64,000 bases of DNA from Spirochaetota bacterium (GTDB lineage Bacteria > Spirochaetota > UBA4802 > JAFGDQ01): positions 1-64,000 of the forward strand of contig JAZDKB010000023.1 in the NCBI GenBank assembly GCA_043803405.1, given 5' to 3'. Both the position numbers and the translations under genes were made by a program. The notes under the pieces are model-generated. The model was not told the origin of the DNA. It saw only the letters and a list, made by a program, of their open reading frames with translations, and did no database searches. How positions within the stretch are numbered: the first letter of the stretch is position 1; every line of letters starts with the position of its first letter. Positions 1 to 10,564 of the stretch are shown here, piece after piece.

Positions 1-11
1 AGATATTTATA

Positions 12-449
12 ATGTTGACTATGTGTTTGCTGGTTTCCGGCAGCAGCCTTTTTGCCGCAGGGAAGCTGCTCACTGTACCGGAAGGCGGCAAGGTAGTTTC
101 AGAGTCTTCGGATCTGGAAGTATATGTGTATGAAAATATGAAACTTGCCGATGTTGAGAATTTTTATAAAAATGTGTTTAAGGATTATCCGCATGCTTCA
201 AAACAAACAGTGGACGATCCTAAGACCATGCTGAAATTCAACGACTGGGGCAACAAACCCTGGCATGCTGTTACAGCTGTTGATAAAGGAAAAGACGGAC
301 TGGAAATATCTGTTATGAAAGACAGCTGGACATGGATAATAGGAACTCTCGTTATCCGGTTCGTGGGTGTGTTTATTGTTCTTGCCTGTCTAATGATAGT
401 AATGTATATTTCTGGAATTTTCTTTAAAGAAAAAAAACAGGCTGCTTGA
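12..449 (+). CDS. Exported/membrane protein with a C-terminal OadG-like TM segment; may start upstream of the window
   Basis: Signal-like N-terminus; C-terminal hydrophobic IRFVGVFIVLACL; frame is open to the window edge. Confidence 0.5.
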   Translation: MLTMCLLVSGSSLFAAGKLLTVPEGGKVVSESSDLEVYVYENMKLADVENFYKNVFKDYPHASKQTVDDPKTMLKFNDWGNKPWHAVTAVDKGKDGLEISVMKDSWTWIIGTLVIRFVGVFIVLACLMIVMYISGIFFKEKKQAA

Positions 450-479
450 AGTTAGGAAGCAACTACATAACTATATTAT

Positions 480-533
480 ATATTCCGGCCCCGGCATGCT
501 GAATAAAATTGACCGGGGCCGGAATATTTTTTT
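480..533 (+). terminator. Rho-independent terminator
   Basis: ATATTCCGGCCCCGG...CCGGGGCCGGAATAT stem followed by a T run. Confidence 0.75.
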
Positions 534-848
534 ATATTTTGAGAAACAACTCGTATTTATACTTTTTAAAACACCTTCCGACAAACTCCTGAGTAATAAC
601 AAGACGCACTTAATAAGCCAAAATTCATTATTCAGTATTTAATTCTGCATGTCTGTTTAAAATATTGTTTAAATCATTAAATTTAGCAGACATTTAGATG
701 CAGAATTAAAAAAAAGTATTTGTATTTTTGGGTTATTATTAAAAATTATGCTTTATTATTAAGAAAACACACTACAGAAATCTAACATAAAATGTGTAAG
801 TCGTTGCAATAGTGTGCAAAATTATTTTTATTGAGTTAAAGTAAATAT

Positions 849-1406
849 ATGCATAAAGGTCTGCTCTTAAAAAAGCTTCGTTCTGAGAGGAATTACACAT
901 TAGCGTATGTCGCTTCAAAAGTAAAAATAACAGCCAGCATGCTTTCACAGATTGAAAACGGGAAGGTCACTCCTTCCCTTAAATCACTTGAGGATCTGTT
1001 AAAATTTTATTCCGTCAGCCTTTCGCATTTTTTTAAGCAGGTGGAGCAGCAAAGGTATATTCTTGTGCGCAACAATGAAACTGAAACAATAGCTGACGAA
1101 GAGCGCGGATATACGCTGACGCTTCTTGCTTCAAAGCTGCAGAATAACGCGCTTGAGACATACCTTGTTTCACAGAATGCAAATGCTGAAATTGAAGTTG
1201 CAACCCTTAATGAAGAAATAAACGGAGAGAGGATCATTTACATTGTCAGCGGCAGGATGCAGATAACCCTTGATGGTTCCGAGTCTCACATCCTGACTCA
1301 CGGTGACTCGCTTAATTTCAAGGCTTATGTCAGCTGTAAAATAAAAAATCAGTCCGAAGATGAATCTTCGTTTTTAATATCCGGAATACCGCCAATTTTT
1401 CTTTAG
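849..1406 (+). CDS. XRE-family HTH regulator with cupin domain
   Basis: SMLSQIENGKVTPSL HTH motif; C-terminal cupin (IVSGRM...HGDSLNF). Confidence 0.9.
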   Translation: MHKGLLLKKLRSERNYTLAYVASKVKITASMLSQIENGKVTPSLKSLEDLLKFYSVSLSHFFKQVEQQRYILVRNNETETIADEERGYTLTLLASKLQNNALETYLVSQNANAEIEVATLNEEINGERIIYIVSGRMQITLDGSESHILTHGDSLNFKAYVSCKIKNQSEDESSFLISGIPPIFL

Positions 1407-1444
1407 TTTAAAAAAATTTGCTATGTATTTCAATTTCAGGTGCT

Positions 1445-1468
1445 ATTAACCGCTAGAAACGAATGTAA
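1445..1468 (+). repeat. Dispersed intergenic repeat, copy 1
   Basis: ATTAACCGCTAGAAACGAATGTAA; related copies at 7491, 11158 and 24589 (-). Confidence 0.7.
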
Positions 1469-1491
1469 TCAGATCACTGTAATTATTCAAT

Positions 1492-1523
1492 AAAAAAAGC
1501 CCCTTTTGCAAGGGGCTTTTTTT
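1492..1523. terminator. Bidirectional intrinsic terminator
   Basis: AAAAAAAGCCCCTT-ttgc-AAGGGGCTTTTTTT between convergent genes. Confidence 0.9.
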
Positions 1524-1573
1524 AAAAAGATTTTTAGCTGTATGTTTCTATGAGGTTTGTCGAAATAGCTAAA

Positions 1574-2698
1574 TTAGAATTTGATCTCCGATTTAATAAA
1601 AAATGTGCTGTTTTCCATATCGCTGGTCTTAACATCATTTGCTTTTTTCGAAAGAGTATCGACTTTATACATAGCTGCAAACTGAACATTGCTGTTGACC
1701 TGGTAGCCTGCGCCACCCCAGATTGCAGAACCTTCGTTTTTAAGTTTGTTTGTGCCTGTTCCCTTCTTTTCATATTCGCCCATTGCGTAACGGCCGATGA
1801 TGAGGATTGGCACATTTGTAATCTGCTGCAGGTTAACGTTTGCCCATACTTCCATTAAGCTGGATTCTTCTTTGATATCTGAAGCTTTTCCAGTATGCAT
1901 TGTGTATGCTGCGCCTATTTTAAAATACTTGTCGCTCCATGCTGCGCCGCCGCCAATGAAAGAAACGTAATTCTCCTTGCTTTTCATCGCGGTGTCGTGC
2001 CAGTGGTAATAACCGAAAATGTTAAGAGCGCTTATCGGAGTAACATTTACGACACCGTAATAGGCTTTTGTAACTGTATCCTGATCTGTTGCAGCTTTCT
2101 TATAACCATCACCATTACTGTACATACCTGAGATTGTGATCATCTTCATTACATTTAATTCAGCTTTTACTCCTGTGTCAGCGGAGCTTACGTCAATGCT
2201 TTTATCGGAAACGTCTGAAGCTTTATCAATATAGTTCTGATAAATCCAGCGTGATCCGTTAAGGCCGTCTATAAGGCCGATAATCGGGGTTCCAGTCATA
2301 CCGCCCTGTATTTTTAAACCTGCTACACCGAAATCATTGTTCATTTGAAAATATGCGTTCTTTACAAATTCAACGCTGGTTTTATTAGTATCAGAAGCAG
2401 CAAGAGTCCCGCCGTCCAGTGTTACCTTTGCACTCCATACATCATCAATCTTTTTGTTGAAATTTACATAAGCTCTGTTAAGGTTGAATGAATCGCGTTT
2501 TTTTAGGGTATTAGCATCATTCAGTTTATCCTTTGATTCCAGAATATATGAATAATCAAAGAACAGAACACCGCTAACGTCTATCGGTGTCTGTTTCGGT
2601 GCTTCTTTGGCAGCTTCCTGAGCGCTTAATGCGCCTGAGCATAATGCCGCAACTGCCACTGAGCATATAGTTGTGGTAAAGCTTTTCTTAAAATTCAT
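1574..2698 (-). CDS. Outer-membrane porin, probably phosphate-related
   Basis: Signal peptide, FNLNRAYVNF and VKNAYF porin-like strands, terminal Phe; directly downstream of pstS. Confidence 0.7.
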   Translation of the reverse strand: MNFKKSFTTTICSVAVAALCSGALSAQEAAKEAPKQTPIDVSGVLFFDYSYILESKDKLNDANTLKKRDSFNLNRAYVNFNKKIDDVWSAKVTLDGGTLAASDTNKTSVEFVKNAYFQMNNDFGVAGLKIQGGMTGTPIIGLIDGLNGSRWIYQNYIDKASDVSDKSIDVSSADTGVKAELNVMKMITISGMYSNGDGYKKAATDQDTVTKAYYGVVNVTPISALNIFGYYHWHDTAMKSKENYVSFIGGGAAWSDKYFKIGAAYTMHTGKASDIKEESSLMEVWANVNLQQITNVPILIIGRYAMGEYEKKGTGTNKLKNEGSAIWGGAGYQVNSNVQFAAMYKVDTLSKKANDVKTSDMENSTFFIKSEIKF

Positions 2699-2751
2699 TT
2701 TTATTTTCTCCTTAAAATTGAAATTTATTGATTTAAATTTTTATTAATATT

Positions 2752-3579
2752 TTATAAAGGAATGTATCCTTCTTCTTTTACAAGAGCCTGTCCTTTTTTG
2801 CCGAGTATAAAGTTAATAAAATCCTGCGTGTCTTTAGACATAGTATCCTTGTTAACATACATATACAGCTTTCTTGATACAGGATATTTGCCGGATTTTC
2901 CGTTTTCGATTGTTCCCTCTATTTTATTGACTGTTAATGGGTGAACGCTCTTGTTCAGGTATCCGTACCCTACATAGCCTATTGCTTTAGGATTCACGGA
3001 AACAGTTGATATAATTGCTCCGTTGGATGCCTGAAGCAAAGCTTTGTTGCTTACATCGGCTTTCTTCATTACTTTTTCGTGCCATACTTCGTATGTGCCC
3101 GAGCTTGTATCGCGGGAAACCACTACAATTTTCTGATCTTTTCCGCCAACTTCTTTCCAGTTTGTGACTGCACCGGTATAAATTGCCTTTAACTGGTCAA
3201 TAGAAAGATTTTTAACCGGATTGGAAGGATGAACTACCGGGACAATCATGTCGTAAGCGCACACGATCTCTTTTACATTGATGCCCTTCTTTTTTGCTGC
3301 TTCCAGTTCTTCTTTTTTCATTTCTCTTGAAGAATTCGCGATATCGCAGGTGCTGTCCAGAAGAGCCTTTATCCCGTTGCCCGAACCGCTTCCTTCAATG
3401 GAAATAGAAACACTGCTCATTTTTCTGTACTCTTCCGAAGCCTTCTGAGTTATCGGCAGTACAGTAGTGGAGCCTTTAATTACTATCCTTTTTCCGCTTT
3501 CAGACCACACATAAGGCGTAATAAAAAGACCCAACGTTGCTATAACTGCGAATAGTTTTGTTAAGATTTTTTCATGCAT
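2752..3579 (-). CDS. pstS: Phosphate ABC transporter substrate-binding protein
   Basis: GSTTV, GSGSGNG, DIANSSR and RDTSSGT motifs. Confidence 0.95.
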   Translation of the reverse strand: MHEKILTKLFAVIATLGLFITPYVWSESGKRIVIKGSTTVLPITQKASEEYRKMSSVSISIEGSGSGNGIKALLDSTCDIANSSREMKKEELEAAKKKGINVKEIVCAYDMIVPVVHPSNPVKNLSIDQLKAIYTGAVTNWKEVGGKDQKIVVVSRDTSSGTYEVWHEKVMKKADVSNKALLQASNGAIISTVSVNPKAIGYVGYGYLNKSVHPLTVNKIEGTIENGKSGKYPVSRKLYMYVNKDTMSKDTQDFINFILGKKGQALVKEEGYIPL

Positions 3580-3642
3580 GCATGAACCTCCTTAAAAATT
3601 ATTGTTAATTTTTTCTTTAGTGTAGTGTATATAAGCAGGAAA

Positions 3643-3681
3643 TGTGAAAAAATTATAAAGATAATCTTAAAATGATGTGAA
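3643..3681 (-). promoter_or_regulatory. Pho-box-like array upstream of pstS
   Basis: Minus-strand hexamers TTCACA/TTAAGA/TTTATA/TTCACA at 3676, 3665, 3654 and 3643 (11-bp period). Confidence 0.7.
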
Positions 3682-3720
3682 TTAAATAAGGGAACCTCTA
3701 ATAATTATACAGGCTTTGTT

Positions 3721-4752
3721 TTAAATTGCACTGAAAAAAAATGACATTCCCTTAAGCAGGTCAGCGACTGCGGGAATAACATTCACATTAATTTTCATTT
3801 CGCTGTGGGAAAGAAGCGGGCTAAGGATCAGCTTTGTCCTGACCTGCGTCCGCCGGAGTTCGTTGTACAGCCGTATTGACTCAAGCGCCGGGATTACCTT
3901 GTCGTTAACACCGTGCATTATTAAAATCGAGGCCGAAATTTTGTTAAAGGTAGTTTCGGAATTGACTTTATCAAGTATTTGCTCAAAATCCCTGTTTTTT
4001 TTAATTCTGTCCCAGTGGTATTGCCTGAAATACGGGTCATTCATCAGCCTTATAAAAATATCGTAATCCTTTAAAGGCATTGTATTCAAAAACCCGGGAA
4101 GATCGGGGAATTCCCTGCATAAAAAATTATCCGAAATGGCGATATCGAGTGCTTTATATATTTCGTCCGATACATTTATGGAATACTTTAAAAAATTTTT
4201 TAAAATAATGAGCCTGCCGTAGTCGTCGCTGTCCTGGTTGCTCAGTAAATAATAAATGGATTTTTCCATGCTGCTGAAACTGCCTATGAGGCAAATTGAG
4301 CTGATCTTTTGCGCTATGTTTTCATTGCACGAAGCGATGAGGGCAAGACCGCCTGCAAATGAAGCTGCAAAGACCGAAAGCCTGCCTTCGGGGCAAATAT
4401 ATTTATTGTCCGTGATTGTATTTATAATGGAGATTATTTGATCTATAGCAGAGGGGTCTATCTGTAAATTGCGTATTGATTCAATGTGCGGGGCTACCAC
4501 AATATAACCACATCCGGAAAGAGACTTACATGCACTTATGAATCTCGGATCGTCGGCTCCCAGGGGAGACATGCCGTGAATTGCAAGAATGGTTTTGCCG
4601 GATAATTTCGGATTGGCGATTTTTATTTCCGGTTCATATACTGTGAAATCAATATTATTCCCCGCTTCCTTGTACGTAAAACAAAAAACAGGGAAATGCT
4701 TTTTAAAATGCTGCTGTGCTAAAAATTTTGCCGAACTTGTTATGTTTGTCAT
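3721..4752 (-). CDS. Alpha/beta hydrolase
   Basis: IHGM, AASFAG nucleophile elbow, HGVNDKVIP, C-terminal His. Confidence 0.75.
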   Translation of the reverse strand: MTNITSSAKFLAQQHFKKHFPVFCFTYKEAGNNIDFTVYEPEIKIANPKLSGKTILAIHGMSPLGADDPRFISACKSLSGCGYIVVAPHIESIRNLQIDPSAIDQIISIINTITDNKYICPEGRLSVFAASFAGGLALIASCNENIAQKISSICLIGSFSSMEKSIYYLLSNQDSDDYGRLIILKNFLKYSINVSDEIYKALDIAISDNFLCREFPDLPGFLNTMPLKDYDIFIRLMNDPYFRQYHWDRIKKNRDFEQILDKVNSETTFNKISASILIMHGVNDKVIPALESIRLYNELRRTQVRTKLILSPLLSHSEMKINVNVIPAVADLLKGMSFFFSAI

Positions 4753-5159
4753 AAGAATATTGCGCTTCCGGTTAAATATTATACAAATAATCTCAATATC
4801 CGGTAATTAAAAGCAATATTATAAATTTAAAATAAATAAAAGATAAAAAATATGTTTTAAAGATATACCATCTTATCTCTGCTGTATTTTTCCACGCATC
4901 ATATTTATAATTATCACATATATGTTTTATAATAATTTCATTTTTATCTGACATTCAATATGCGAAAATCCGTATTAATTGATAGAATAGAAACGGTTTT
5001 ACGGACTGCGTTTCGCAGATCTGCTATCACTAACCCTCTGTCCTTCCCCCCAGAAGGCCGGGGGGTTAGTTTAATTCTGAAGCAATGAATCAACAGCAAT
5101 TGAACGCGTTTATATAAATTAATATAAAACAAAAAATTATATATTATGGAGGTTTTATT

Positions 5160-6008
5160 ATGGAAGGAAATTTAACTTATGACAGGCATGAGCGGCATTT
5201 TACTTTCGGATATACGGCAAAAGAATATTTTAACATTAAGGGCTTTAAACAAAAGATCGATATGTTCATTGAAAAGGAAAATTATATAATAAAAACCGCT
5301 TCCGGCACGGATGATGTTCTTAAAGCCATAAAGCTCCGCACCGAAGTTTTTTTAGAGGAACTTAATAATACAAATATTAATGATATTGATATTGATGAAT
5401 ACGATATATTATCCGACCATCTACTTCTGATTGACAGAAATAAAAATGAGGTTGTCGGTACTTACAGATTTAATTCAAACCTGTTTTCCAATTCGTTTTA
5501 TTCCGAAACGGAATTCGATATATTCAACATAATGACTGTGCCGGGCATTAAGCTTGAGCTAGGAAGGGCATGCATTAAAAAAGAGTACAGGGGCGGGCTT
5601 GCGCTGTCACTTTTATGGACAGGCCTGGTAGCTTATATAAAAAGAATAGACGCGGATTATCTTTTCGGATGTTCAAGCTTTCATGTCCCGGATAAACTTG
5701 AAGTTGCCAGGTTGTATAAACTATTTATTGAAAAACATTTTACGGATGAAAGTAAAATGGTTTTTCCGAGAGAAGAATTTAAAATAAAAGACCTGGATAT
5801 TTTTTTATTGCAGGTGGAAAACTCAGGAAAAAAAGAATATCTTTTGTCCCAGCGTTTTATTCCTGCTTTAGTCAAAGGCTATATTTCCGCAGGAGCAAAG
5901 ATATGCGGACAGCCTATTTACGACCCGGATTTTAACTGCTACGATTTTTTTACACTCCTGGATTTAAAGGACTTAAACCAGGAATATTTAAAAATGGTGA
6001 CAATGTAA
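5160..6008 (+). CDS. GNAT N-acyltransferase, OlsB (ornithine lipid)-like
   Basis: LRTEVF, DIDEYD, VVGTYR, FYSETEF, LELGRACI, YLFGCSS, DPDFNCYD motifs. Confidence 0.8.
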   Translation: MEGNLTYDRHERHFTFGYTAKEYFNIKGFKQKIDMFIEKENYIIKTASGTDDVLKAIKLRTEVFLEELNNTNINDIDIDEYDILSDHLLLIDRNKNEVVGTYRFNSNLFSNSFYSETEFDIFNIMTVPGIKLELGRACIKKEYRGGLALSLLWTGLVAYIKRIDADYLFGCSSFHVPDKLEVARLYKLFIEKHFTDESKMVFPREEFKIKDLDIFLLQVENSGKKEYLLSQRFIPALVKGYISAGAKICGQPIYDPDFNCYDFFTLLDLKDLNQEYLKMVTM

Positions 6009-6031
6009 CAAGCCCGGGACGAGGTCTTAAC

Positions 6032-7387
6032 TTAAAGAATTTTCTCAATATTCTGCACAGCCATTTGAACAGGATCCCACGGGCTGCTCAAAGGAGGAGT
6101 GTAGCTTAAATCGTAATTGCTGAATTCGCCTACCGTGAGTCCGTGATACAGGGCTACAGCAAAAATATCTATACGCTTCGACACTTCGGTTTTATGAGCG
6201 CCGAGAATCTGTGCTCCCAGAAGCCTTTTAGTTTTTTTGTCCGCAGTAACGCGTATGAATATTTTTTCAGCTCCGGGATAATATACCTTGTGATCCCATG
6301 TCTCAAGATCTGCGCTTACTGGCTGGAACCCTGCCTGCGCCGCTTCTTTCTCATTAAGTCCTGTCCTCGCGGCTATATGATCGAATATTTTAACAGATTG
6401 CGTTCCCAGCGAGCCGGCGAACTCCGCGTTCCCGCCTGCGGAATTTTCTCCGGCAATTCTGCCCTGCTTGTGTGCAGTGGTTCCCAGAGGCATATAAGTG
6501 TATTTCTGAAGCAAACGGTGCCATGTTTCAACGCAGTCACCCGCTGCGTAAATATCCGGAATATTCGTTTCCATTTTTAAATTAACTTTAAACGCTCCCT
6601 TTATGCCGGTATTTAAACCTGCAAACTGGCCAAGACCTGCATTCGGCGAACTGCCTGCGGATACAAGCACCATATCGGTCAGGATTTCAAAATTACGCGA
6701 TCCTTTTATAAAAAGATGGTTTTCATTTCTGTTAACAGTGATTGATTCAACGGAAATATTATTATAAATGCTTATGCCGTTTTTAATAAGCATATCGCGG
6801 ATCTTATTCCCTATATCCGCGTCTACAGACGGCAAAACCGATTCCAGAAATTCCACAACCGTTACTTTGATTCCGCGTTTTGCCAGGGCTTCGGACATTT
6901 CCATTCCTATGTAGCCTGCTCCGATTATAAGCGCACTTTTTGGATTGTTTTCAGTTATGTATTTATCGATAGCAATGCTTTCTGGCACCCATCGTAAAAA
7001 GAAAACTCCCGGATGATGGATGCCGGGAATGCTTGGCCTTAATGAAATGCCGCCTGTTGCTATTATAAGCTTATCGTAATCCATTGTAAGTATTTCGCCG
7101 TTCCTGCCTGCAATGGTTAACTGTTTTTGTCCGGTATTGACCGATTTCGCGTTATGTTCCGTAAGCAGATTTATTCCCTGGCTGCCTATTTCTTCTTTGG
7201 TCCTGTGAGCCAGGTTTTTCCAGTCTGTAACATCTTTGCTGATGTAATAGGGCAATCCGCAAATGCTGAAATTGGGAAAGCCTGAGGACTCGACAATGAC
7301 GGGCGTTATTTCCGGATTGATCTCTTTCGCTCTTAAAGCAGCGCTTATGCCAGCGTCGCTTGCTCCTATTATTATTATGTTTTTCAT
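6032..7387 (-). CDS. CoA-disulfide reductase/NADH oxidase family flavoprotein
   Basis: CGLPY active-site Cys, GAGYIG, AAGDC, DLSYTPPLS. Confidence 0.9.
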   Translation of the reverse strand: MKNIIIIGASDAGISAALRAKEINPEITPVIVESSGFPNFSICGLPYYISKDVTDWKNLAHRTKEEIGSQGINLLTEHNAKSVNTGQKQLTIAGRNGEILTMDYDKLIIATGGISLRPSIPGIHHPGVFFLRWVPESIAIDKYITENNPKSALIIGAGYIGMEMSEALAKRGIKVTVVEFLESVLPSVDADIGNKIRDMLIKNGISIYNNISVESITVNRNENHLFIKGSRNFEILTDMVLVSAGSSPNAGLGQFAGLNTGIKGAFKVNLKMETNIPDIYAAGDCVETWHRLLQKYTYMPLGTTAHKQGRIAGENSAGGNAEFAGSLGTQSVKIFDHIAARTGLNEKEAAQAGFQPVSADLETWDHKVYYPGAEKIFIRVTADKKTKRLLGAQILGAHKTEVSKRIDIFAVALYHGLTVGEFSNYDLSYTPPLSSPWDPVQMAVQNIEKIL

Positions 7388-7490
7388 AATTATTATCCCG
7401 ATATTGTATTATTGTTTTATAATTTGATTTTAGTTAAACATTGTGACGCGTTATCAAATACTTTTACATTTCAATTTTTAGCACTCATCA

Positions 7491-7516
7491 ATTAACCGCT
7501 AACCACGAATGTGACA
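7491..7516 (+). repeat. Dispersed intergenic repeat, copy 2
   Basis: ATTAACCGCTAACCACGAATGTGACA. Confidence 0.7.
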
Positions 7517-7590
7517 GTGTATTAGTATAAGCCCAAATAATTTTAATGTAAATTATTTTAAAAAAAGAATGAGCGGTTTTTTTAATTCAT

Positions 7591-9420
7591 TCAGTTCTTT
7601 TTAGGTGCGTAACGTCTTCTTTCAAAAATAAAACTGCTTTTACCCGACTGCCTGTTCCTGATTTTTACCTGCTTTTTTAACTTTGCTGCGATCTGTCCTA
7701 ATTGTCTCGGATGCGGCACTCTCTGAAAATTTTTTTCGGTAATTACGGCAATGCTCAGGGATATCAACGGTATTGCCGTCTTTTCACCTTTCCTGTCTAT
7801 AGCGTAATAATATCCGTGTTTTGCGTGACTGGGAGAAAAAAAATCGTTTCTGCGTTTATCGAAGATTATGCACAGCTTTTCCAGGTCATCTCTTGATATA
7901 AGGTTTTCGCAAAGAATAATGAAATCATCGCCTCCTATGTGGCCCAGCCTTGAGTCAGGAATATTTTCAATAAAATCCGAGAGAATTCTGGAGAAGATTT
8001 TTAATACTTCATCTCCCCTGGTAAATCCGTAAGTATCATTATATTCCTTAAAATGATCCAGGTCGCAATACAGCACCGAGAATTTATCCTTTTGCAGCAA
8101 TTCTTCCAGCCAGAAGCCGATGATCATATTTCCGGGAAGCTGGGTCAGCGGGTTCGCGCAGGTCGCGATTTTAATTTCAAGATCAAATGCCTTATTGATA
8201 ACCTGCTTCATTGTAACCGTTCCGATAAAAGAGCCTTTGCTGTCGACAACAATAACCGGATCATAAAGTTCCCGGAGTTTTCTGCTCATTGCCAGGTTGC
8301 TCACAGTACGCAAATCGGCCAGCTCGTCAATGCACAGAATATTGCGTTTTGCAACAGTATCGATTTTCTTTTTTTGATATATAGCGTATCCGTACCTGCC
8401 GCTAAGCAAAGAGTAAAAATACGGGCGCGTTATAATAGAAACTGGTTTTTCGCCTTCGGTAATTATGACATGGTCAATTTTACTGTTCCCGGAAAATTTA
8501 TTGTCAAGTTCGCCGCAGGTTGTCGTATTCACAGGCAAAGATAACGGTTTTATGACCATACTTGAGATGGAGATATCGAAAGAGAATCGGGTGCGTTTTT
8601 TTGCGTCCAGAAGTTTGTCTATTTTCTGCAGAACTTCCTGGGAAATATCGTGCGGATTGGCCGCAGGCATGGCTAAATAAAATCCCTGCCCATAGCGCAC
8701 ACCCAGACGGAATATTGTGCGCAATTCATCATAATTCTCAATCCCTTCAGCAATAAGAGAACTGTCGACATTTGAACTGAACGCGACAAAGGATTTAATA
8801 AGATTCTGCTTATATGAGTTGTTGTTTATGCCTGAAACAATAGCCCTGTCGATTTTCATGTAATGAGGGGTCATTGCCACCAGTGTAACCAGGCCGGAGT
8901 GTCCTGCTCCAAAATCGTCCAGTGCCACCTGGAAACCCTGGCTTACGTAATACTGGATAATCTCCAGAAATCTGCCGTAATCGTTAACGCTTGTAGTTTC
9001 AGTAATTTCTATTACGAAATTTTCCGGGTTAAGCTTAAGGAATTTTAGGTTTTGCTTTTCAATGCCGTGAATGAAACGCGGATCGCTGAATATATGCGGG
9101 CTTACATTCAGAAAAAATTTTTTATCCCTGTACCTGTCAGGGAGGCCTGATATTACTTTTAAAGCGGCGCTTCTGCATACATGCTCAAGTTCCCAGCTTA
9201 AGCCCCACTGTCTTGCCTTTTCGAACATAAAAGCCGGATTTTCGAATGGGGATGACGTTCTTGAAAGGATCTCATAAGCGTGAATTTCGCCTGTATAGAG
9301 ATCGACAATCGGTTGAAAATGAGGAATTATTTTTTCATTTTCTATGATATTTAAAAGAAATCCCCGTAAGAGTACGTCCTCTTCGGCCTTTTCGTCAAAT
9401 GAAAGGCGCATTGTTGCCAT
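7591..9420 (-). CDS. EAL-CBS-GGDEF c-di-GMP protein
   Basis: FQPIV/YEILSR/DDFGAG EAL domain; central CBS-like region; DLDHFKEYND and GGDDF. Confidence 0.9.
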   Translation of the reverse strand: MATMRLSFDEKAEEDVLLRGFLLNIIENEKIIPHFQPIVDLYTGEIHAYEILSRTSSPFENPAFMFEKARQWGLSWELEHVCRSAALKVISGLPDRYRDKKFFLNVSPHIFSDPRFIHGIEKQNLKFLKLNPENFVIEITETTSVNDYGRFLEIIQYYVSQGFQVALDDFGAGHSGLVTLVAMTPHYMKIDRAIVSGINNNSYKQNLIKSFVAFSSNVDSSLIAEGIENYDELRTIFRLGVRYGQGFYLAMPAANPHDISQEVLQKIDKLLDAKKRTRFSFDISISSMVIKPLSLPVNTTTCGELDNKFSGNSKIDHVIITEGEKPVSIITRPYFYSLLSGRYGYAIYQKKKIDTVAKRNILCIDELADLRTVSNLAMSRKLRELYDPVIVVDSKGSFIGTVTMKQVINKAFDLEIKIATCANPLTQLPGNMIIGFWLEELLQKDKFSVLYCDLDHFKEYNDTYGFTRGDEVLKIFSRILSDFIENIPDSRLGHIGGDDFIILCENLISRDDLEKLCIIFDKRRNDFFSPSHAKHGYYYAIDRKGEKTAIPLISLSIAVITEKNFQRVPHPRQLGQIAAKLKKQVKIRNRQSGKSSFIFERRRYAPKKN

Positions 9421-9788
9421 TTACTTTCCTTTAACTGAGTTAAATCATTAATAAGAACTCATCTTAAAAATATGCTTGTAAATAAATAGGTTATTTTAAA
9501 TTGAAATACATAACAAAATTTTTGAGGACGCCTTTCAGGCCTGAAGTAAAAGCCCTTAAAAACTTGAAAAATTTTCTTTGAAGGCCTGATTCCGCAGAAA
9601 ATTTTATTATGTATTTCAATTTATCGAATATAAAACTTAATTTTGAGATGGCTTGAAAGAAAATAAAATATATATTGAACCGAAAAAGAGCATTGCAGAT
9701 TGGATAAAAATCGTTCCTGTGCAACCATAATACTAAAGTTAAGGATAAGCTGTTAAGAATTGATAAAGAAATGTTAAAAAAATATTAT

Positions 9789-10382
9789 TTAATAGCAGAT
9801 AGCGGAAAAAGTAAGGAAAACAGAGTGCGAATTTGTACGTGTTTTTGTTCCGTCTTCTTCGAGCCTTGTTTTTGTAAACATGTAATTAATGTTTAAACCG
9901 TAATGTCCGGAAAATTCGTAGCCAGCTCCTGCATATAGACCATGGCCGTAATCAAGTTCCTGGCCTTTTTCAAATGGCGCGTAGAAGTGGGCAAACCCTG
10001 CTCCGAGACTCAGAAAAAACGAAGGGGATCCGTCATTGAAATAATATGAGATGCCGAGCGGGCCCATTGAATTTACGAATACCGCTTTTTCTCCGGATAA
10101 TTTTTTTGATGAGATCCATAATTCTTTATTATTATAATAAATCAGGAATTTATTTGTAAGGCCGTATCCGATCATTATGTCCAGAGCAAATGCTTTTGCG
10201 TATCTGGCGTTGGCAGTTTCTGTGTGCCTGTCCTTTGTGTCCCGGTCGTATCTCATTAGTCCGCCGCCTACAGCTCCGCCTAGTATGAACCCTTCCCTGA
10301 AGCCATTAAAGGCATAAGCAGACTGTGCTTTCAGGAAAAAAAGGGTGATAAAAAGTATCGTGATAATTTTATTTATAGGCAT
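9789..10382 (-). CDS. Outer-membrane beta-barrel protein
   Basis: Signal peptide; alternating aromatic beta strands (AGAGYEF). Confidence 0.7.
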   Translation of the reverse strand: MPINKIITILFITLFFLKAQSAYAFNGFREGFILGGAVGGGLMRYDRDTKDRHTETANARYAKAFALDIMIGYGLTNKFLIYYNNKELWISSKKLSGEKAVFVNSMGPLGISYYFNDGSPSFFLSLGAGFAHFYAPFEKGQELDYGHGLYAGAGYEFSGHYGLNINYMFTKTRLEEDGTKTRTNSHSVFLTFSAICY

Positions 10383-10429
10383 TGTTCATCCCCGGTGCCG
10401 GCTCATTATTAATTTTAATTATCCGGCTT

Positions 10430-10479
10430 TTTATAAAAAATTATTAAAAATATCATAAAAATCTTATAAAGAGTTAGTA
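10430..10479 (+). promoter_or_regulatory. 11-bp-period hexamer array (Pho-box-like) between divergent barrel genes
   Basis: TTTATA/TTATTA/ATCATA/CTTATA/TTAGTA at 10430, 10441, 10452, 10463 and 10474. Confidence 0.45.
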
Positions 10480-10564
10480 AGTTGCTTCCGATTTCCTGAC
10501 CGGTTTTAAGTGCCGTAAAGTATTAGTAATTCCACAACACTGTCTAGATATTGTTAAAACAAGT

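Noticed and set aside
9491..9724. 77-aa ORF as a gene
   Set aside because: Non-ATG start, no RBS or motif; probably the promoter/leader of the EAL gene.
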